Below the pieces are notes generated by a model. The model was not told where the DNA came from, searched no databases, and saw nothing but the letters and a program-made list of their open reading frames with translations. The position numbers were made by a program, and so were the translations under genes. A stretch of 13,005 nucleotides of DNA from Armatimonadota bacterium (GTDB lineage: Bacteria > Armatimonadota > Zipacnadia > Zipacnadales > UBA5352): positions 1 through 13,005 of the forward strand of contig JAYENL010000064.1 in NCBI GenBank assembly GCA_034722055.1, read 5' to 3'. Positions within the stretch are counted from its first letter, which is position 1. Every line of letters begins with the position of its first letter. This document shows positions 8,342 to 13,005 of the stretch, in pieces.

Positions 8342-8440
8342 GGCGATCACGACGAGGAGCTCGATGAGCGTAAAGCCCCTACGCATATGCACACCCCCGT
8401 CTCAGATTCGGCATTCGCGTGGGGGTTTGTCCCCCCGCGG

Positions 8441-8500
8441 AACTGTTTTAAGTATACCCGACGTGTCCTATCTCGCCTTCGTTTCGTACGTTAAACTTCT
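8441..8500 (-). promoter_or_regulatory. Probable promoter of the prepilin-like gene (sigma70-like -10 TATACT at 8456-8451)
   Basis: AT-rich island in otherwise GC-rich DNA. The minus strand reads GGGTATACTTAAAACAG about 65 nt upstream of the ATG. No consensus -35 at 17-bp spacing, so activation may be required. Confidence 0.5.
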
Positions 8501-8934
8501 GTGCAGGGCGAGACCATGCCTAAGAGGGCAGCGAAAGCGCTCATGCGCCACCTCCGCTCACCCCTACGGGCACGACGTTTGCCGTCTGCTGGAAAGCGCG
8601 AAGTTGTCCCGCGCAAGTCGTTGTCGTCCGCCGTCGCCCTGATGTCGTACGGAGCGGCGGGCTGCCCAGCCCGCCAGCCGTTCCCGTGTGTCGTCGCCGT
8701 TCGGAGCGCCCGGGTCTTACGACCGTGTTGGGCCGACCTCCCCGGGGTCCTTCGCACCGCTCGTCGTGCGGCCCCTCCACCCGAATGTCGCGCAACTCCA
8801 CGAGAGCCAAGCGCCGGCGGGCGTGAGGCTGCCAGCCCGACAGCGCACGGAGGAATGTCGCCGCCGGCGGCAAAACTGCGTCCCGAAAGGCCGCATCCGC
8901 TGTCGCCGGTACTGAGGACACTGGGGAGGATCAC

Positions 8935-9477
8935 ATGGCAGATGAGAACGCGCCGTGGCTGGTGCGCACGTCCGACGGAGAGACGCTCGGCCCCTTCGAT
9001 GCTGATGAGCTCGCGGAGCTGCTGGCCGAGGGCCGCGTGGGCCGTGACGATCTCGTGAAGTCCGAGGATACCGGGCGCGTCCGCCGCGTCCGCGACGTCC
9101 TCACGTCGGAGCAGCTCGAAGCCGCGACGGCTCCCAGTGAGGCCATCCCGGAGGAGGGCGAGGAGGCCGAGGGAAGCGGCATGGACCGCCTGCTTCCCGC
9201 CCTCGGCAGGCAATGGGTGTGGCTGTTCGTGCCCACCTTCGGGATGCCGGTGGGCTTCCTGGTGGCCCTGGCCTACTGGCTGGTGGGCTGGCTGGGCGCC
9301 GCCCACTGCCGCACGACACGCGGCGAGCGCTCGGCGGAGGCCGTCATCAAGACCGCTCGCAACTGGCTCATCGCCTGGGCGGTGGCCCTGACGGCGGCCT
9401 TCCTGGCCCTCTTCCTGCTTCAGGCCTGGGCGGTCGCCAACGCCCTCATGTCGATGCGGGATATCCTGGGTCAATAG
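8935..9477 (+). CDS. Membrane protein with N-terminal GYF_2 (DUF4339)-like domain, 180 aa
   Basis: GGGGAGGA RBS. 'WLVRTSDGETLGPFDADELAELLAEGRVGRDDLV' fits the GYF_2 pattern W...G...GP...EL..L...G.....LV. An acidic linker is followed by hydrophobic segments. Confidence 0.8.
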   Translation: MADENAPWLVRTSDGETLGPFDADELAELLAEGRVGRDDLVKSEDTGRVRRVRDVLTSEQLEAATAPSEAIPEEGEEAEGSGMDRLLPALGRQWVWLFVPTFGMPVGFLVALAYWLVGWLGAAHCRTTRGERSAEAVIKTARNWLIAWAVALTAAFLALFLLQAWAVANALMSMRDILGQ

Positions 9478-9540
9478 CTGTCGAGGGAACCTCATGATAC
9501 GAGGACAACGGCGACGCGCCTGCCATGACACAGGCACCCT

Positions 9541-9570
9541 CCGCGCCCCGCTCGGCCGAGCGGGGCGCGG
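9541..9570. repeat. Perfect 30-bp palindrome CCGCGCCCCGCTCGG|CCGAGCGGGGCGCGG (terminator-like or REP-like hairpin)
   Basis: The 15-bp arms are exact reverse complements with no spacer. Intergenic between the GYF_2 and URO-D genes, followed only by CCTTGT (no real U-tract). Confidence 0.85.
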
Positions 9571-9665
9571 CCTTGTACGCGGAGGGAGGAGTATCGGGCA
9601 CGCGTGTGCAACTGTGCGCCTGAGCCACACCAACCAGGTCGAAGGCCGGTGATCTGGAGGATGCG

Positions 9666-10781
9666 ATGGATCCCCGCGAGCGCATCGAGCGAACCGTCAA
9701 CCATGAGCTGGCCGACCACGTGCCGCTGAAGATCTCGCCCCGCGATGAGGTCAGGCGGGAGCTGCTGGCCCACTTCCAGACCGACGACTGGAGCGAGGTG
9801 CTGAAGGCGCTGGGCGTGGAGGGCTGGGCGGGCGTGGGCGTGGGCATCTCCTGGCCCACGTGGGAGGCGAGGGAGGACAAAGAGGCGCGTCCGGGGGACT
9901 GGCCCGGCTCAAACCAGGAGTACGTGTGGCTCGACGAGGTCACCTTCCTCGACCGGTGGGGCGCGATCCAGCGCGTCGGCGCCGGCGGCAAGTACGTGGA
10001 GTACATCAGGGCCCCGCTCGAGGACGCCACCATTGAGGACCTCCAGCAGTACGACTTCCCCGGCCCCGACCGGCTCATCGACGATCCCGATCTGCCAGAT
10101 CGCGTCCAGGAGCTCAAGGACCAGGGCTACTGGGTCGGCGCCGGCGTCGAGCAGCCCTACAAGACCTCCTGGCGCATCCGCGGCATGCAGCAGAACCTGA
10201 TGGACTACCGCATCAACAAGGACTTCAAGAACGCGCTGTACGACCGCATCTACGAGACCTGGAAGGAGATCTGCCGCCGCGTGGTCTCCGCGGGCGTGGA
10301 CATGTTCAGCATCGGCGGGGACATCGCCATGCAGGACCGCCTGCTCATGAGCGTGGAGTCCTGGCGGGAGCTGGACAAGCCGCGACTGGCCGACCTCATC
10401 GCCACCGGCAAGCACATCGACCCCGATCTGCACGTCTTCATCCACTCAGACGGCAGCCTCATGGAGATCATGGACGATCTCATCGAGATCGGCTTCGACA
10501 TCATCAACCCCATCCAGCCGGAGTGCATGGACCCCTTCCAGGTCAAGCGCCGCTGGGGCGATCTCATCACCATGGACGGCTGCGGCTCCATCCAGCAGGT
10601 GCTGCCCTTCGGGACCGTGGAGGACGTCCGCAAGCACGTCACCGACCTCATCGAGGGCTGCGCCTACAACGGCGGCCTCATCCTGGCGCCCTCCAACGTG
10701 GTGCAGCATGACACTCCGCTGCAGAACATCCTGGCCTTCTACGAGACCGCCCGGGAGTATGACCTCAGCCGCCTTGCATGA
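9666..10781 (+). CDS. Uroporphyrinogen decarboxylase (URO-D/CIMS-like) superfamily protein, MtaA/CmuA-like; probably not true HemE, 371 aa
   Basis: GGAGGA RBS. Motifs: 'MDPRERIERTVNHELADHVP', 'DRWGA', 'GGDIAMQDRLLMS', 'FIHSDGS', 'GFDIINPIQP', 'LPFGTVEDVRKHV', 'GGLILAPSN'. Confidence 0.9.
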   Translation: MDPRERIERTVNHELADHVPLKISPRDEVRRELLAHFQTDDWSEVLKALGVEGWAGVGVGISWPTWEAREDKEARPGDWPGSNQEYVWLDEVTFLDRWGAIQRVGAGGKYVEYIRAPLEDATIEDLQQYDFPGPDRLIDDPDLPDRVQELKDQGYWVGAGVEQPYKTSWRIRGMQQNLMDYRINKDFKNALYDRIYETWKEICRRVVSAGVDMFSIGGDIAMQDRLLMSVESWRELDKPRLADLIATGKHIDPDLHVFIHSDGSLMEIMDDLIEIGFDIINPIQPECMDPFQVKRRWGDLITMDGCGSIQQVLPFGTVEDVRKHVTDLIEGCAYNGGLILAPSNVVQHDTPLQNILAFYETAREYDLSRLA

Positions 10782-10804
10782 CCACAACTGAAGGGAGAGG
10801 CGCC

Positions 10805-11707
10805 ATGTTCATCGACATCCACTGCCACGCCTACCGGATCACCCCGCCATTCGTGTGCAGCTTCTGCACCGCCGAGCAGGTGATCCAGCGCTACGACCAG
10901 GAGGGCATCGAGCGGGGATGCCTGCTGCCCATCGTCAGCCCCGAGATCTACTTCCCGCAGGCGAACGAGGACATCCTGGAGATGGCCCAGCAGCACCCCG
11001 ACCGCCTCATCCCGTGGTGCAACATCGATCCGAGGGTGCTGACGAACTCGGCGGATGCGCCGCTTGGTGATGTGCTGCGCTACTACCGCGACCAGGGCTG
11101 CAAGGGCGTCGGCGAGGTGATGCTGAACCTGCCGATGATGCACCCGCTGGTGCAGAACCTGTTCAAGCACGCGCAGGACGTGGGGCTGCCGGTGACCTTC
11201 GACGGCTCCGACCAGGTGGGCGGCGACTTCGGCCTCTACGATGACCCCGGGCTTCCGCAGCTTGAGCACACGCTGCAGCGCTTCCCGGACCTGATCATCC
11301 TCGGCCACGGCCCCACGTTCTGGTCCGAGATCGGCCCTCTGGAGCGGCCGGCGATGCGCTCCAGCACCTTCGCGCCCGGCGGCGGGCAGGTGGGCGGGGA
11401 GAGGCCCAGCGGCCCCATTACGGAGGAGGGCGTGATGCCCAAGCTCATGCGGGCCTACCCCAACCTCTACGGCGACCTGTCGGACCTGAACCCCTACAAC
11501 GCCCTGGCCCGCGATCCCGACTACGGTCCGAAGTTCCTGACCGAGTTCCAGGACCGCCTGCTCTACGGCACTGACCTGTGCAGCCCCGAGATGCCCCTCC
11601 CGATGATCGACCTGCTGACCGACTGGCGCAACGCCGGAAGGATCAGCGAGACGGTCTTCAACAAGGTCGCCCGCGAGAACGTCATCACGCTGCTGGGGCT
11701 ACAGTAG
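10805..11707 (+). CDS. Amidohydrolase_2 family metal-dependent hydrolase (TIM barrel), about 300 aa
   Basis: 'FIDIHCH' metal motif, 'KGVGE', 'LIILGHG', 'LYGDLS', 'DRLLYGTD'. ATG 10805 follows GAAGGGAGAGG. An alternative start at 10778 overlaps the URO-D stop (ATGA). Confidence 0.9.
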   Translation: MFIDIHCHAYRITPPFVCSFCTAEQVIQRYDQEGIERGCLLPIVSPEIYFPQANEDILEMAQQHPDRLIPWCNIDPRVLTNSADAPLGDVLRYYRDQGCKGVGEVMLNLPMMHPLVQNLFKHAQDVGLPVTFDGSDQVGGDFGLYDDPGLPQLEHTLQRFPDLIILGHGPTFWSEIGPLERPAMRSSTFAPGGGQVGGERPSGPITEEGVMPKLMRAYPNLYGDLSDLNPYNALARDPDYGPKFLTEFQDRLLYGTDLCSPEMPLPMIDLLTDWRNAGRISETVFNKVARENVITLLGLQ

Positions 11708-11876
11708 CGGCCCGGCGAGCGGCTCTGCGGAGACTCGTATCCGCCGCCCAGCCATGCACGTACATCCCACGTCCATGCCCGGAGGGACCCTGCTGGCTGC
11801 CCGAGGCGGCCTTCCGCTGGGTTCTGGGGCGGGTCTTCGGGGTGTAGACACCCGTCACACACTGGAGGTATGCACC

Positions 11877-12914
11877 ATGTCATTGCGCTGCGCCGTCGCC
11901 GGGCTGAATCGCGGGGCGCGCTTTGTGGAGCTGCTGCGGGCGAACGCGGACTGCGAGGTCGTCGCGGTGTGCGACACGCGCCCGGAGAAGCTCGCCGAGC
12001 ACCCCGACGCGGAGGGCTTCCAGGACTTCGAGCGGATGCTGGCCGAGGCCCAGCCCCACCTGGTCGCGATCATCACGCCCGGCCCGCTGCATGCCCCTCA
12101 AGCCCTCGCTGCCCTGCAGGCAGGCGCGCACGTGCTGGTCGAGACCCCGAACGTCTACTCCGCCCAGCAGGCGCAGGAGATCGTTGACCTGGCCCGCCAG
12201 CGCGACCTGAACTACATGCTGGCGGAGGACTACATCTACATGGGCTGGTGCCAGCGCCTGGAGGCGGCCGTCGAGGACGGGATGCTCGGGGAGATCATCG
12301 GCGGGATGGCGGAGTACACGCACGACTGCCGGCCTGTCCGGCCGCTCTCGGCGGCCGATGAGCGGCACGCGCAGTCCTGGCGCTTCACCGACCTGCCCCC
12401 GCTGGCCTACTGCTCGCACACGCTGGGGCCGCTGCTGCACCTCATGGACGACCGCTGCATCAGCGCCACGGGCATCGTCGGAGGACGGCAGGAGATCGCC
12501 GGAGTGGACGTCTTCCCGCTCGAGACCGCGGTGCTCCAGACCGAGGGCGGGCGCACCATCAGCCTCACCAACGGCTTCATGCTCAGCCACCCGTTCATCT
12601 GGCTGGCGGCGCTGTATGGCACCGAGGGCTCGGTGCGCGTCATCACCACCGACTACGGTGATCCGGACGCGCTGCGGGTGCTGATCTCCACCGATGATGA
12701 GCCGGGCTGGCGCGACTGGCCGATGCCCTGGCACGAGCGCGAGGACGGCCGCGATCACCTGCAGGTGATGGTGGACGACTTCGTGGACAGCGTCCTGAGC
12801 GATACCCCGCCGCCCTTCGATGAGGCGCGCTCGATGGACTTCTGCCTGCCGGGGGTGCTGGCGCACCAGTCGGCCAAGCGGGGCGGGGTGCCGCTGGAGG
12901 TGCCGCTGTTCTGA
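11877..12914 (+). CDS. Gfo/Idh/MocA family NAD(P)-dependent oxidoreductase, 345 aa
   Basis: Trimmed from ORF 11754..12914. ATG 11877 follows a GGAGG RBS. Rossmann start 'LRCAVAGLNRG...EVVAVCD', then 'IITPGPLHAPQALAALQAGAHVLVETP', 'YMLAEDYIY', 'YCSHTLGP', 'YGTEG'. Confidence 0.9.
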   Translation: MSLRCAVAGLNRGARFVELLRANADCEVVAVCDTRPEKLAEHPDAEGFQDFERMLAEAQPHLVAIITPGPLHAPQALAALQAGAHVLVETPNVYSAQQAQEIVDLARQRDLNYMLAEDYIYMGWCQRLEAAVEDGMLGEIIGGMAEYTHDCRPVRPLSAADERHAQSWRFTDLPPLAYCSHTLGPLLHLMDDRCISATGIVGGRQEIAGVDVFPLETAVLQTEGGRTISLTNGFMLSHPFIWLAALYGTEGSVRVITTDYGDPDALRVLISTDDEPGWRDWPMPWHEREDGRDHLQVMVDDFVDSVLSDTPPPFDEARSMDFCLPGVLAHQSAKRGGVPLEVPLF

Positions 12915-12970
12915 CAGTCGGGGAACGCGAACCGGTGACGGCGCCCTGCCGTTTGCCCAGCCGTCTGGAG

Positions 12971-12992
12971 GGGAGGGCCTCCGTTCCCTCCC
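12971..12992. terminator. Possible hairpin downstream of the oxidoreductase gene
   Basis: GGGAGGG-N8-CCCTCCC stem with no clear U-tract, close to the window edge. Confidence 0.3.
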
Positions 12993-13005
12993 GGCCGTTG
13001 CCGTT

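Larger units (their letters stand above)
7625..8386 (-). pseudogene. Prepilin-type N-terminal cleavage/methylation + H-X9-DG domain protein (DUF1559-like), interrupted by a 111-bp insertion; 216 aa if the insertion is removed
   Basis: ATG at 8386 (GGGGGTG RBS) reads MRRGFTLIELLVVIA-MM-TGA (stop at 8335-8333). The same frame resumes after the insert as IIAILAAILFPVFARAREKARQTACLSNMKQLMLAFHMYCQDYDE...LRCPS...RHNDGMNAGMADGHAKW (H-X9-DG). The ORF-track start at 8293 lies inside the insert. Confidence 0.9.

Noticed and set aside
8864..8909. Bona fide c-di-GMP-I riboswitch call
   Set aside because: Only the first arm resembles the consensus. GACGCAAA and the P3 tetraloop-receptor arm are missing.
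8491..9633. ORFs 8247..8642, 8501..9058, 8541..8921 and 8491..9633 across the divergent intergenic region
   Set aside because: Arg/Pro/Ala-rich, no codon bias or motifs, and they overlap better-supported genes or the promoter region.
9494..9652. 52-codon ORF after a GAGGGA RBS-like sequence
   Set aside because: It runs through the palindrome, lacks the local GC3 bias and gives a featureless Arg/Gly-rich peptide.
9666..10781. Gene symbol hemE
   Set aside because: It lacks the HemE N-terminal 'W.MRQAGR' signature and there is no tetrapyrrole gene context.
11880..12866. 328-aa minus-strand ORF, and the upstream extension 11754-11876 of the oxidoreductase
   Set aside because: The first is an antisense shadow. 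The extension precedes a clear GGAGG RBS and the Rossmann-fold start at 11877.
1..13005. CRISPR array, tRNA/rRNA, transposase, integrase or reverse transcriptase genes
   Set aside because: I saw no regularly spaced repeats, RNA-gene signatures or such protein motifs. Any enzyme mobilising the mini-element must be encoded elsewhere.

Overview
GC-rich bacterial DNA, probably Armatimonadota (inferred from the 'FPVFARAREKARQTACLSN' style of prepilin-like protein), carrying two divergent gene blocks. Minus strand, read right to left: a prepilin-type N-terminal cleavage/H-X9-DG (DUF1559-like) gene, a strong intrinsic terminator, a ~1190-aa putative lipoprotein glycoside hydrolase (GH129/GH101/DUF5696-like), a GH78 alpha-L-rhamnosidase-family gene, a small membrane protein, and a conserved hypothetical gene running off the left edge that the ORF track misses. 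Plus strand: a GYF_2-like membrane protein, a URO-D/methyltransferase-family protein, an amidohydrolase_2 protein and a Gfo/Idh/MocA oxidoreductase. The most unusual feature is in the prepilin-like gene. Its conserved GFTLIELLVVIAIIAIL segment is split by a 111-bp, frame-preserving, transposase-less insertion bounded by perfect 21-bp inverted repeats (8226-8246 / 8321-8341). The insertion sits in a quasi-palindromic target and adds a single in-frame TGA.
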